Positions 21,001-29,839 of a stretch of DNA of 54,057 nt are shown piece by piece. The DNA lies in assembly GCA_036381995.1 (NCBI GenBank), contig DASVIS010000195.1, forward strand, positions 1-54,057, read 5' to 3'. This DNA is from Vicinamibacterales bacterium. Lineage in GTDB: Bacteria > Acidobacteriota > Vicinamibacteria > Vicinamibacterales > Fen-181. Both the position numbers and the translations under genes were made by a program. Below the pieces are notes generated by a model. The model was not told where the DNA came from and searched no databases. It saw only the letters and a list, made by a program, of their open reading frames with translations. Each line of letters opens with the position of its first letter. The stretch's first letter is position 1.

Positions 21001-21541
21001 CTGGGAGTGGCGGCCCTCCGCCGATGTCCCGAGGCACCGCGTCACGGGCGCGATCACGTGGCAGATCCCGGTCGGCAAGGATCGGCGGTTCGGGGCGAGC
21101 ATGCCGAAGGTGGCCGACTGGGTCGCTGGCGGCTGGCAGTACTCTGCGGCCACCCGCTGGTACAGCGGCCGGGCGCTGCTGTTCGGCACGAGCTACATCG
21201 TCTCCGGCAACCCCAAGCTCGACAATCCGACGCGTGATCGGTGGTTCGACACATCGATGTTCTCCGTGGCGGACTCGAACACCCCGCGGTCGAATCCGTG
21301 GTACTACGATGGCCTGAACGGGCCCGGATGGACCGTGACGGACATGACGCTGACCAAGATGTTCAACCTCACGTCGAAGATCCGCCTGGAGGCGCGCATC
21401 GAGGCCTACAACGCGTTCAACTCGATCGTCTGGGACACTCCCGACCTGACGATTTCGAGCGCCAACTTCGGCAAGGTCACCCGCAAGCGCGTGGACGGCA
21501 CCGGCCGCGAGTTCCAGGTCGGTTTCCGGCTCGTGTTCTAG
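18047..21541 (+). CDS. TonB-dependent outer-membrane receptor with an N-terminal carboxypeptidase-regulatory-like domain
   Basis: Signal peptide MKKLLVILGLVICLVPVATPARAQ. CarboxypepD_reg-like segment GVIVDSTQAILPGVTVTLKNDATGV...NAEGRYIFDFVEPGTYTV. Plug-like region and a long beta-barrel ending ...FQVGFRLVF. AAGGAGAAGAGG RBS upstream of ATG 18047. Confidence 0.9.
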   Translation: MKKLLVILGLVICLVPVATPARAQDYRARVQGVIVDSTQAILPGVTVTLKNDATGVAVVRQTNAEGRYIFDFVEPGTYTVTAELDGFKRAEEKGIRVQQRGDVNARLVLQIGGVSETVIVQAEATQVQLNSSNSQLTLERQLIDQVPLSGRNPYNLAMLDATLNPGVGSTANENRPYHHAFANDYDAGGGTRRANDVLLDGVPLASSYKTSYTPSMDAVEEITISKASADAENGNSLGGIISLNMKSGTNSLKGSAYYFTRDPGLDAIADPTLVVPSGADLSKLKGTKLKMVGGTLGMPIKKNKLFSFTSVEYWNDYRPLSIVRTVPTTLERAGDFSQSFLNGKLRTIYDPWTSTLNSSSKVVRKAFTGNTIPSNRIDPVALKILQQMPQPNVAGNVDNLQYSVYEHTKYWNLSERLDWNITDNWKVFVRYGQFKANLYQESPTQGNYFPLAGSNRYGMSTAADSVWVMSAKSTLNVRGSFYNMTDDMYNPSMLLGADGLSNYWSNPWYSSLYSSGYIYYPALDVTTGTGTNTNNRLGRQGREWYQHPKAWTLSARMNRYEGKHSMKWGAEVRSNYGQAARFEPINLVFNSTLTANSSDSPDIVNSGNQWATFMLGALDNQTSARLVPLQTPDSRGFGAYIQDDFRVNDRLTLNMGLRWEYEPGATDPENRISTRFDLTSPIPEMQATPPTMNASALALMASKGYSYIYNGAWVFATSDSPNVWHTTPWNFLPRFGAVYNLGGDQVVRFAYGRYLRPSSSVRDTLGDFVNQYTGYAQTTTTLGLANGVPQQTLADPYPANNPIIEPYGQAYGRYTGLGGAISLDQYEQRPQINDRFNLSFQRKLWLGMITDISYFFNYGTRVPYDINLNQMDPAFKYEQKTAINAQVTNPFYLYLTAAKFPGALRNNKTVALSSLLLPYPQYGTITQTNTNGKLAIAHTFEARVQRPFTKGLSFVVSYAYNNEKIQQWFDDLAQYKVLTSGGKDGWEWRPSADVPRHRVTGAITWQIPVGKDRRFGASMPKVADWVAGGWQYSAATRWYSGRALLFGTSYIVSGNPKLDNPTRDRWFDTSMFSVADSNTPRSNPWYYDGLNGPGWTVTDMTLTKMFNLTSKIRLEARIEAYNAFNSIVWDTPDLTISSANFGKVTRKRVDGTGREFQVGFRLVF

Positions 21542-21556
21542 TCGCCTGTTCGAGTC

Positions 21557-21586
21557 GGCAGGAGCGAGGTTTGCCTCGCTCCTGCC
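21557..21586 (+). terminator. stem-loop terminator candidate (no clear T-tract)
   Basis: GGCAGGAGCGAGG (21557-21569), loop TTTG, CCTCGCTCCTGCC (21574-21586): a perfect 13-bp stem 16 nt after the receptor stop. Confidence 0.6.
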
Positions 21587-21795
21587 GCGCCTTCCCGGCC
21601 CCGACGCAAGGCGGAATGAATACCCGGACCGTTCTCACCCTCGCGCTCGGGGCGCTCGTCCCCGCCGTTCCCAGCACTCCTGCGATTTCCCCCGCGGCTC
21701 CTCCATCGATCTCCGTCACGCTCGGCGCCGCCAGTCGGAGGGTCTTCCCGTCCGTGGGTTGTATGGCTCGCAGGCCAGTTTCGAATGGAGTTCTG

Positions 21796-23793
21796 ATGCG
21801 TGCGCTTCTCGTGTCGATCGTGTCGTGTCTGCTCGGCGCCCTCGTCATCGCTGCCGTTCCTCCGCCTCCCCTGTCGGCATTCCCGGGCGCCGAGGGCTTC
21901 GGCGCGCTGACGCCGGGCGGCCGCGGCGGCCGGGTGATCATCGTCACGAACCTGGACGACTCGGGGCCCGGGAGTTTTCGTGACGCTGTCACCGCAAAGG
22001 GGCCGCGCATCGTTGTCTTTGGCATCGGCGGCTTGATTACCCTGGCGACCCCCGTCGTCATCGAGGAGCCGTTCGTGACGATCGCCGGCCACACGGCACC
22101 GGGCGACGGGATCTGCTTTCGCGGCCACCAGGTGAGCATCCGGACGCACGACGTCGTCGTTCGCTACCTTCGCTTTCGCCTTGGTGACGTGGCAGGGGCC
22201 GAGGAGGACAGCTTCGACATCGTCGGCGACAGTCATGACGTCATCGTCGATCACTGCTCGGCGACGTGGAGCGTGGACGAGAATCTGTCGCCGAGCGGCG
22301 GGATCAGGAACATCACCGTGCAATGGTGCCTGATCGCGGAAGCGCTCAATCGCAGCGTGCACAGCAAGGGCGCGCACGGCTACGGGTCGCTGGCGCGCGC
22401 GATTGGCGGCGTCACGTTTCACCACAACCTGTGGGCGCACAATGCCGCGCGCAATCCGCGCCTTGGTGACAACTACGCCAAGCCGCCATACCCGACGTTC
22501 GACGTGCGCAACAACGTGATCTACGACTACGGGGAGATCGCGAGCGGGATGACCGGCGATCACCTGAGCGTCAACTACGTGAACAACTACGTGCGACCGG
22601 GGCCGAGCAGTGACCGGAAGCGGGGCATCATCGTCTTCACGGACACCGCCGAGTCGGGCTACTACATCGACGGCAACGTCGTTGACGGCCGCGAGGAATG
22701 GACCGCCGACAACACGAAGATGTTCGACCGCATGGAGTTCAACGGGAAGCGGCTGGTGACGGTCGTCAAGATGCCGTTCGATGCGCCAACCGTCAGGACA
22801 ACGACCGCGCGCCGGGCTTTGCAGGATGTCCTCGTCGGCGTCGGCGCCGTGTTGCCCAGGCGCGACGCGGTCGACGCACGCATCGTCCAGTCGGTGGAGA
22901 GACGGGACGGAGCCATCATCGATTCCCAGTTGCAGGTCGGCGGCTGGCCGGGGTACCGCGCCGGGCAGGCGCCGGTCGACACGGACAAGGACGGCCTGCC
23001 GGATGCCTGGGAGAAGGCGCACGGCCTCGATCCCAAGGACCCCGGCGACGCCTCGCAGCCCGGCAGCCGCGAGGGCTACACGAACATCGAGGTCTACCTG
23101 AACGACCTGGCGGTTCGATCGCCTGCGCCAGCCGCGCCGCCGCAGATCCTGCCGCCTGGTGTCGGCACTCCGGCTGGCCCGGCGGTCGCGCGGCCGATCG
23201 TCTGGCAGATCGACAACCTGTCGAAGATTGGCGGCCGGCCCGTGAAGGCCGTGGGGACTCCCCAAGTCATCGACACGGACATCGGACCCGCCGTCGAATT
23301 CAACGGCACGACCGACGGCCTGTTCGTCGATGTCAACCCGATCGTCGGTCTGAAGCGGTTCACGGTCGAAGTGCTGTTGCAGCCGGCCACCGAGGGGCCG
23401 GAAGAGCAGCGCTTCCTGCATCTGTCCGAAGTCGGATCCGAGAACCGGCTGATGATGGAAACCCGCCTGCTGCCTGGCGCCGTCTGGAGCCTCGATACTT
23501 TCCTCAGATCGGGCGAGTCATCCCGCACGTTGCTCGATCGCGCCGTCACGCATCCCGCGGGACAGTGGTACGTGGCTTCGCTCGTCTACGACGGCCAGAC
23601 GATGGCGCACTACGTGAACGGCGTTCGCGAGCTGTCTGGCCCGGTGGAGTTCGCCGCGATGGCGGGCGGGCAGACCTCGATCGGTGTGCGGCAGAACCTG
23701 GTGTCATGGTACAAGGGCCGCGTCCGTGCGATTCGCGTCACGCCTGAGGCCCTCTCGCCCGATCGGATGATGAAGGTTCCCTCGGCGAAGTAA
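21796..23793 (+). CDS. secreted PL1-like pectate lyase with a Ca-binding (thrombospondin-type-3-like) linker and a C-terminal LamG/concanavalin-like domain
   Basis: Signal peptide MRALLVSIVSCLLGALVIAAV. Pectate-lyase pattern VIVDHCSATWSVDENLS...VTFHHNLWAHNAARNPRLG...VRNNVIYDYG. DTDKDGLPDAWEKAHGLDPKDPGD. C-terminal LamG-like segment ending ...WYKGRVRAIRVTPEAL. ATG 21796 chosen (GGAG upstream); ATG 21763 is possible. Confidence 0.8.
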   Translation: MRALLVSIVSCLLGALVIAAVPPPPLSAFPGAEGFGALTPGGRGGRVIIVTNLDDSGPGSFRDAVTAKGPRIVVFGIGGLITLATPVVIEEPFVTIAGHTAPGDGICFRGHQVSIRTHDVVVRYLRFRLGDVAGAEEDSFDIVGDSHDVIVDHCSATWSVDENLSPSGGIRNITVQWCLIAEALNRSVHSKGAHGYGSLARAIGGVTFHHNLWAHNAARNPRLGDNYAKPPYPTFDVRNNVIYDYGEIASGMTGDHLSVNYVNNYVRPGPSSDRKRGIIVFTDTAESGYYIDGNVVDGREEWTADNTKMFDRMEFNGKRLVTVVKMPFDAPTVRTTTARRALQDVLVGVGAVLPRRDAVDARIVQSVERRDGAIIDSQLQVGGWPGYRAGQAPVDTDKDGLPDAWEKAHGLDPKDPGDASQPGSREGYTNIEVYLNDLAVRSPAPAAPPQILPPGVGTPAGPAVARPIVWQIDNLSKIGGRPVKAVGTPQVIDTDIGPAVEFNGTTDGLFVDVNPIVGLKRFTVEVLLQPATEGPEEQRFLHLSEVGSENRLMMETRLLPGAVWSLDTFLRSGESSRTLLDRAVTHPAGQWYVASLVYDGQTMAHYVNGVRELSGPVEFAAMAGGQTSIGVRQNLVSWYKGRVRAIRVTPEALSPDRMMKVPSAK

Positions 23794-23825
23794 ACGGGCG
23801 TGATCTTTCCAGCGAGGTGATTCGG

Positions 23826-26800
23826 ATGACCCCGGCGACCTGGCGAGCACCCTTCCTATTCGGCTGTTCCGTCGTGGCGCTGACCCTGACGATCGTGGCC
23901 CAGGGTCAGTCGCCGAAGGAACCAGGCCTGCTGTTCTACCTGTCGGGCGACAAGGGCCTGACGGCTGACGTCTCCGCGGGTGGCACTCCCGACCCGAACT
24001 TCGCGAGCGACGTGAAAGTGATCCCGGACGGCGCGAAGGGGCCAGGGCTGCAGTGCGCCCACACGCAGTTGCTGTCCTACCGGGCCCCCGGCAACATCTA
24101 CGCCGAGCGCGGCACGCTCTCGCTGTTCTGGCGGGCCCGCGAGCCAGTCGGCCCCACCGAGTTTCCGATCTTCCGCGTCGGCTATGCCGATCACTCGAGC
24201 TGGGACATGGTGTGGCTGCGGATTGACTACAACGGCAAGCCTGGATTCGACGCGTTCGTCACCGACGCCAGCCTGGCCCGCACGCGCGTGTCGTACGCGA
24301 TGCCTGCCTTTCCCAAGCCTGACCAATGGGTCCACCTCGCCCTGTCCTGGGACGAAACGCGCGGCATCCGGTTCTATGTGAACGGCCAGATAGTGGCACG
24401 CCAGGAAGGCTCGGCGATCTTCCACGCGGCCCTCGACCAGTTCGGGCCGCACTCGCGCGTCATCAGCCCGTACCAAGTGCAGAGCGCCTACAACTTCGTG
24501 CGCGGCGGCGACATCGACGAGCTGCGCATCTACGACCGCATGTTGTCGGACGGCAACATTGCGGCGCTCTCACGCGGCGAGGTGCCGACGGCGATCCCGG
24601 AGCTGACGCGCGACCTGCAATCGTCTACCTGGCGGGACGAGTGGTGGTATCGCTACGGCTGGAATCGTCCGGGCGACGTGCCGCCGGCCCTCGACGCGGG
24701 GGCAGTGGCGATTCGCAAGGTCGAGATCCACGACGTCTACGACCTGAAGCGCTGGTGGTGGAAGGGCACCGACGGCATTCGCGAGACGACCTGGCCGGGC
24801 GTGTACAACCGATCGCGCCTGCCCGGGCGCAACGACTACTTCCAGTTGCCCGACTGGGACTGCTACTCGCTTTCGGGGAAGACAGTGACGTTCACGATGC
24901 CCGACGAGCCGTGGAACCAGGTCGAAGTGTCCGGGGCCGCATTCGGGAGTTTCTCGGTCGTGAGCCCCGATTCCGGCGCTCGCCCGCTCTTCGACCGGCC
25001 GAAGGGCCAGGAGCGGACCTTCCATCGATTACCCCTGGCGATCCGCGGCCAGCGACTGCAGTTCACCAACGTCGAGCAGGAGACGCCGATCGGTGAACTG
25101 TCGGTGTACTCCGTCCAGGCTGGCGCAGAGCCACGCGGGATCGCGCGGTTGGCCTATCGACTGACGGCTGCCGCGGAACCCGACCAGCCGAGCGTGAAGC
25201 CGCTGGTGGATTACATCAACGGCCGTTATCAGGCAGACGAGCGCCAGATCATGGTGGGCTTGCCGACGGGCGCGCCGCGAACCGCGCATGCCGCCCGGGG
25301 CGGGGGACTTCCCCTCGTTCACATCCTGATCCCCGCGGGCTTCCGCGATCTTCGATCCGGCCCGGTCAGGGCGTTCTCGTACACCTGGACCAACATGCAG
25401 GCGGGCCTCGACGGAATCGCCATCGACCTGCCGGCGCTGAAGGTGACGCCCACCCACGGCGCGTACTTCCCGTTGAACATCCAGGTGAAGGACCCCATCT
25501 GGCCCCTGAGAAACATGCTGGACGTCAGCATCTCCGTGAAGCCGGGCGAGGCGCATACGGTCTGGCTCGACACGCGCGACCGCATTCTACCCAATGGAAA
25601 GCCGCTCTACCTGACGATTGCCGGAGCCGGCGCAGACTTCGGCCCCGCGGCACTCGAGGGCGCCGAGGTCCGACTGATCTTCAAGCCGCTCGAACAGGCC
25701 AGGGCCGAGCACGTCCTCGATCGCTTCACCCAGGTCCGCGACAACTACGCGCAGATCGTCGAGGAGCATCCGAACACTCGCCGGCTGAACCTCTACACGC
25801 AGTTCGAGACCGACATGACGGATCTCCTGCGCGTCGATCCGAATCACACGCTCGGGCGTCAGTATTGGTACGACTACAACAAGGAGCAGCCGCGGCCGCC
25901 GGTCACGCTCGCCGCCGCGCCCGATGGCGTCCCGCTCTGGGCGTTTCGGCAGATCGAGCTGCTCCGGTACGTGAAGCGCTTCGTCAACTGGTACATCGAC
26001 AATCGTCAGATCGAGAATGGCGAGCTTGGCGGCGGCCTGTCAGACGACGGCGACCTGACCAACTGGTGGCCGGGCACGGCGCTGATGGGCGCCAACCCCG
26101 AGAAGATCCGGCGCTCGCTGTTGAAGGAGATGGACGCGTTCTACGCCGAAGGCATGTTCACCAACGGCCTCTCCACGATCCAGGCCGACGAGCTGCACAG
26201 CTACGAGGAAGGCATCCAGGTCCTCGGGCAGTCGCTCACCCTCGACTACGGCAGCCCGCTCCAGATCGAGCGCGCGATGCAGACGGCGCTAGCGACCGAG
26301 CGAATCACCGGCATCAACCGCGCCGGTCACCGCCACATCCGATCGTCCTATTTCAGCGGCACGAAGATCGCCGAGGACAGCGTGTGGGGCTGGTCGAAAC
26401 CGTCGTCTTACCTGGTGATGCACCCGGCGATGCTGCTCGTCGAGTTCAACGGCGCGCCGAAGATACGCAAGTGGCTGCTGGAACTGGCGGACGGCCTGCT
26501 GGCGCACGCGAAAACCGACGCCGCCGGCAATGTCGCGCTGCCAACGACGATACACTTTGCCAGCGACGAGGCGCTGGTCACCGGACCGTCCACCGGCGGA
26601 GGGATCGATCGGACGACGCCGCTGCTGTGGGCTGCGTATCGATGGACTGGCGACCGGAAGTATCTGAAGCCGTATCTCGCTGCCGGGCCGCGCAGCCTGT
26701 CGGGGATCGGCGCCAACGCCCTGGATCTGATGGGCATGCGGGCCGAATGGGGGCCGCAGATTCTGAAGGGGATGACGCCGGAGAACACCGGGGGCCGAAC

Positions 26801-27650
26801 CGCCGGCGGGTCGCGGCATTTCGCCTGGCAGGTAGGCGGCGACACCAGGCTGCTCGAGCGTCTCTACACGGAGCAGGCCGAGAATGCGCGGTTGCGCGAG
26901 TACATCAACACGGACGGCAGCCTGTGGATCGACCGCGTGACCGTCGAGCACGGCGACCTGCAGCGGGCACGGCTCGGCGGTGTGGCGCTCGAGCGCAACT
27001 CGATCTACCCAGGCCACGTGGTGAGCTGGGACTTCGCCCAGCCGGACGCCGACGAGCGAGTGGCCATCCTGGTGCGCGAAGCGACCCCGCAGCACGTTCG
27101 CCTCGTCGCCTACAATCTCGACACGCGGCCGGTCGTCGCTCGAATGACCGGGTGGGACATCGACCCCGGATCCTGGGAGATCAGCCAGGGCACGGGACCC
27201 GAGACCGGCGACTCGTTTTCCGGAGACCCGGCGGTGCGCACCATCGCGCTCGAACGGACGGCCGGCACCAACGTCATCTTCCCTCCGCGCGCGACCACCG
27301 TGATCGATCTCGCGCTCGTGACGAAGGGCGTGCCGTACTGGTCGCGCTTCGATCTCGGCATCTCCGAGGCCGACGTGCGCGTCGAGGGCCGGACGATGAA
27401 GGTGACGGTGCACAGTGTGGGGGCCGCGGACGCACCGGCGTCGAAGCTCGTGCTCCGCGGCCGGGACGGGCGCGTCATTGCCAGCGCCGCCGCGCCCGCC
27501 CTGAAGGCGCCCCTCGATCTCGTGCCGAAGACCGCGACGGTCTCGCTGCCGCTGCCCGCAGGAGCCGACTGGAAAGGCGGCAGCGTCACGATCGAGACGG
27601 GTGCTCGAGGCCCCGAGATCACGAGGCGGAACAACGTGGTGCGGTTCTAG
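23826..27650 (+). CDS. large secreted protein of unknown function: N-terminal LamG-like domain plus an about 1000-aa uncharacterised region (possible novel carbohydrate-active enzyme)
   Basis: Signal-like N-terminus (FLFGCSVVALTLTIVAQG). LamG hallmarks (TLSLFWRA..., WVHLALSWDETRGIRFYVNG, GDIDELRIYDRMLS). I recognise no family for the remainder. ATG 23826 preferred (GAGGTG 6 nt upstream) over GTG 23817. Confidence 0.7.
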   Translation: MTPATWRAPFLFGCSVVALTLTIVAQGQSPKEPGLLFYLSGDKGLTADVSAGGTPDPNFASDVKVIPDGAKGPGLQCAHTQLLSYRAPGNIYAERGTLSLFWRAREPVGPTEFPIFRVGYADHSSWDMVWLRIDYNGKPGFDAFVTDASLARTRVSYAMPAFPKPDQWVHLALSWDETRGIRFYVNGQIVARQEGSAIFHAALDQFGPHSRVISPYQVQSAYNFVRGGDIDELRIYDRMLSDGNIAALSRGEVPTAIPELTRDLQSSTWRDEWWYRYGWNRPGDVPPALDAGAVAIRKVEIHDVYDLKRWWWKGTDGIRETTWPGVYNRSRLPGRNDYFQLPDWDCYSLSGKTVTFTMPDEPWNQVEVSGAAFGSFSVVSPDSGARPLFDRPKGQERTFHRLPLAIRGQRLQFTNVEQETPIGELSVYSVQAGAEPRGIARLAYRLTAAAEPDQPSVKPLVDYINGRYQADERQIMVGLPTGAPRTAHAARGGGLPLVHILIPAGFRDLRSGPVRAFSYTWTNMQAGLDGIAIDLPALKVTPTHGAYFPLNIQVKDPIWPLRNMLDVSISVKPGEAHTVWLDTRDRILPNGKPLYLTIAGAGADFGPAALEGAEVRLIFKPLEQARAEHVLDRFTQVRDNYAQIVEEHPNTRRLNLYTQFETDMTDLLRVDPNHTLGRQYWYDYNKEQPRPPVTLAAAPDGVPLWAFRQIELLRYVKRFVNWYIDNRQIENGELGGGLSDDGDLTNWWPGTALMGANPEKIRRSLLKEMDAFYAEGMFTNGLSTIQADELHSYEEGIQVLGQSLTLDYGSPLQIERAMQTALATERITGINRAGHRHIRSSYFSGTKIAEDSVWGWSKPSSYLVMHPAMLLVEFNGAPKIRKWLLELADGLLAHAKTDAAGNVALPTTIHFASDEALVTGPSTGGGIDRTTPLLWAAYRWTGDRKYLKPYLAAGPRSLSGIGANALDLMGMRAEWGPQILKGMTPENTGGRTAGGSRHFAWQVGGDTRLLERLYTEQAENARLREYINTDGSLWIDRVTVEHGDLQRARLGGVALERNSIYPGHVVSWDFAQPDADERVAILVREATPQHVRLVAYNLDTRPVVARMTGWDIDPGSWEISQGTGPETGDSFSGDPAVRTIALERTAGTNVIFPPRATTVIDLALVTKGVPYWSRFDLGISEADVRVEGRTMKVTVHSVGAADAPASKLVLRGRDGRVIASAAAPALKAPLDLVPKTATVSLPLPAGADWKGGSVTIETGARGPEITRRNNVVRF

Positions 27651-27686
27651 TCCTGCGACTCACCTGGGTTGGCGAAGGAGCGAGCG

Positions 27687-28040
27687 ATGAAGAAGACCGA
27701 ATCACCGCGTTTTCAGCACGCGGCGTGGACTGACGTGCCTGCCGGGTCGCCCATGGCTGGCGCCGAGCGACGGATGATGGTAGGCGACAACCTGATGATC
27801 TGCCGGCTGCGGTTCGACCCGAACGTCGTGACGCCGGTCCACACGCATCCGCACGAGCAGATGACCCTCATCGAGCGAGGACGGGCCAGGTTCTTCATCG
27901 GGCCGGAAACCCGCCTTGTCGGCCCGGGCGATGTCCTGCACTTTCCATCGAACGTCGAACATGGAGCGACGATGCTCGACGAGGAAGTCGTGCTCATGGA
28001 CATCTTCACGCCGGTCCGGGAGGATTTCCTGAAGAAGTAG
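27687..28040 (+). CDS. small cupin, KdgF-like
   Basis: Cupin motifs HTHPHEQMTLIERG...GDVLHFPSNVEHG and a C-terminal DIFTPVREDFL, which I associate with KdgF-type cupins of uronate/pectin loci. GAAGGAG RBS 5 nt before ATG 27687. Confidence 0.75.
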   Translation: MKKTESPRFQHAAWTDVPAGSPMAGAERRMMVGDNLMICRLRFDPNVVTPVHTHPHEQMTLIERGRARFFIGPETRLVGPGDVLHFPSNVEHGATMLDEEVVLMDIFTPVREDFLKK

Positions 28041-28062
28041 GGCCGGGCCTCAGCCCCGCCCT

Positions 28063-29685
28063 TCACGGCAGCGCGCGGTATCTGAAATTCCGAAATCTCA
28101 CCTCGCCCGTTCCCGCCGCGTACAGCGCCGGGCGCAGGCTGAGGAAGTCGTACGCCACATTGTGGTGGTAGCCCGAAACTTCCATCTGCGTGCCGAACTT
28201 CTGCCAGGCCTTCCCGTTGGCGCTGGTGTGAATCGTCACGATGTGGCGGTCGTTTCGCAGGCGCAGGAATACGTGGCGGCCAAGCGGCTTCGGCTTGGCG
28301 CTGACCCGCTCGGTGCCGTAGCGATGCATCACGAGGCTCGTGTCGGAGTACCCGAGGCCCGCGTAGAGCCGGCTGTTGTAGAACAGAATCAGGCCGGCCG
28401 TGGCACCCGGGTCGATGTCGATTTCGACCTCGACCTCGTACGCGTGATCGCCGCACACGAACCACAGCGGCGAGCTGTCGGCGGGCGTCGTCCCCCTGGC
28501 CCGCAGCACGAGGCTGCCGTTCTCGTACCGATACCGATCGCGGTCGGTATCGGTGCCCTTGTAGAAGCTCCACTGCACGCCCATCTTGTTGCTGGCGAAG
28601 TTGTCGGAGAAGGCGAATCCGTGCGTCACTGCCGGGCCGGCCGGCTTGGCGATCGGCGCCGCCACGTCGGCGCCCGCGGCCTTGAACCATCCGTCGGACG
28701 TCCACTCGACCGGTTCGAGAAGCGTCTGCCGCCCGAGATTGTAGAACCCGTTCTCGTACGCATGGTAGATCGCGTACCACCTGCCGCCAGGCCCCTCGAC
28801 CAGCGTCGCATGCCCTCTGGACCACCAGCGCTCGTCAGCGGATTTCGTCCGGATAATCGGGTTGTACGGCGAGTTCTCCCACGGGCCTTCGATTGATTTC
28901 GACCGCGCGGCCACCACCATGTGGCTCGTCGGCGGGCCGGCGGTGCCGCCTTCGGCGAGGACCATGTAGAAGTAGCCGCCGTGCTTCATCATCTTCGGGC
29001 CTTCCTGCGCGAAGCCCTCGACTACCCACTCCTCCGGGTACTTCCAGCCGTCGTAGACCTTCTTGAGCGGGCTCGTCACGGACAGCCCGTCATCCGACAA
29101 GGTGACCATGTAGCCGCCGCTGAGGAACAGGTATCGCTTGCCGTCGGGCCCGACGACGTGGCCCGGATCGATCCGGCCGATCTCGAGGTCGATCGGATCG
29201 CTCCATGGGCCCCTGATGCTGTCAGCCCAGATTACATAGTTCGACGACGGCCCGGCCTCGGTCCGCTTCTGCCCGGGGAAGTAGATGTAGTAGCGCCCCT
29301 TGTGCTTCACGAGGTCGGGCGCCCACACCGAGCCGACGTTCCTGAAGAGCGTCGGACCCACAGGTTCCCAGTTGACGAGGTCACGCGAGTGCCAGATGAC
29401 CAGGCCGGGATAGGCGTCGAACGACGAGAACGTGAGGTAGTAGTCGTCGCCATCCTTGAGGACCGACGGGTCCGGGTGATCGCCCGGCATGATGGGGTTC
29501 AGATAGAAGCCGTTGCCGAGATCCGCTTTGCGCTGCCCCTCGGTGCCCGCGGCCCAGGTGGCGATCGAGCGATCCCGGGGTGCCTGCGCAGAGAGCGTCA
29601 CGAACGAGCCCGCGGCGGTGAGCGCGGCCAGCGAGAGGAGCACGACCATGGTCCGCGCCGAGGCTGATGTGTGCACAGAGGTCAT
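28063..29685 (-). CDS. GH43 family glycoside hydrolase (beta-xylosidase/alpha-L-arabinofuranosidase type) with a C-terminal concanavalin-like domain
   Basis: NPIMPGDHPDPSVLKDGDDYYLTFSSFDAYPGLVIWHSRDLVNWEPVG...VWAPDLVKHKGRYYIYFP...EGPKMMKHGGYFYM. ATG 29685 with an AAGGAGA RBS; the track start at 29715 is a TTG. Confidence 0.9.
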   Translation of the reverse strand: MTSVHTSASARTMVVLLSLAALTAAGSFVTLSAQAPRDRSIATWAAGTEGQRKADLGNGFYLNPIMPGDHPDPSVLKDGDDYYLTFSSFDAYPGLVIWHSRDLVNWEPVGPTLFRNVGSVWAPDLVKHKGRYYIYFPGQKRTEAGPSSNYVIWADSIRGPWSDPIDLEIGRIDPGHVVGPDGKRYLFLSGGYMVTLSDDGLSVTSPLKKVYDGWKYPEEWVVEGFAQEGPKMMKHGGYFYMVLAEGGTAGPPTSHMVVAARSKSIEGPWENSPYNPIIRTKSADERWWSRGHATLVEGPGGRWYAIYHAYENGFYNLGRQTLLEPVEWTSDGWFKAAGADVAAPIAKPAGPAVTHGFAFSDNFASNKMGVQWSFYKGTDTDRDRYRYENGSLVLRARGTTPADSSPLWFVCGDHAYEVEVEIDIDPGATAGLILFYNSRLYAGLGYSDTSLVMHRYGTERVSAKPKPLGRHVFLRLRNDRHIVTIHTSANGKAWQKFGTQMEVSGYHHNVAYDFLSLRPALYAAGTGEVRFRNFRYRALP

Positions 29686-29839
29686 GCCACATTTCTCCTT
29701 AGATACTGGTATCAAGCCTCGAATAGACAGTACCGGTGTTGCACGAGGTCACGCCGGCGGCTGTGGAGTGACCAGAATATATCACGCGCATAAGTGATGG
29801 GCTTGGCGGTCGAGTCTCGGCCATCCGGAGGAATCACCC

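Noticed and set aside
29702-29713. GATAC-TG-GTATC palindrome just upstream of the GH43 start, considered as a second GntR-type operator.
   Set aside because: It has only 5-bp arms, overlaps the RBS region, and does not match the TGGTCAGACCA site at 17917. It cannot be distinguished from chance without a genome-wide motif search.
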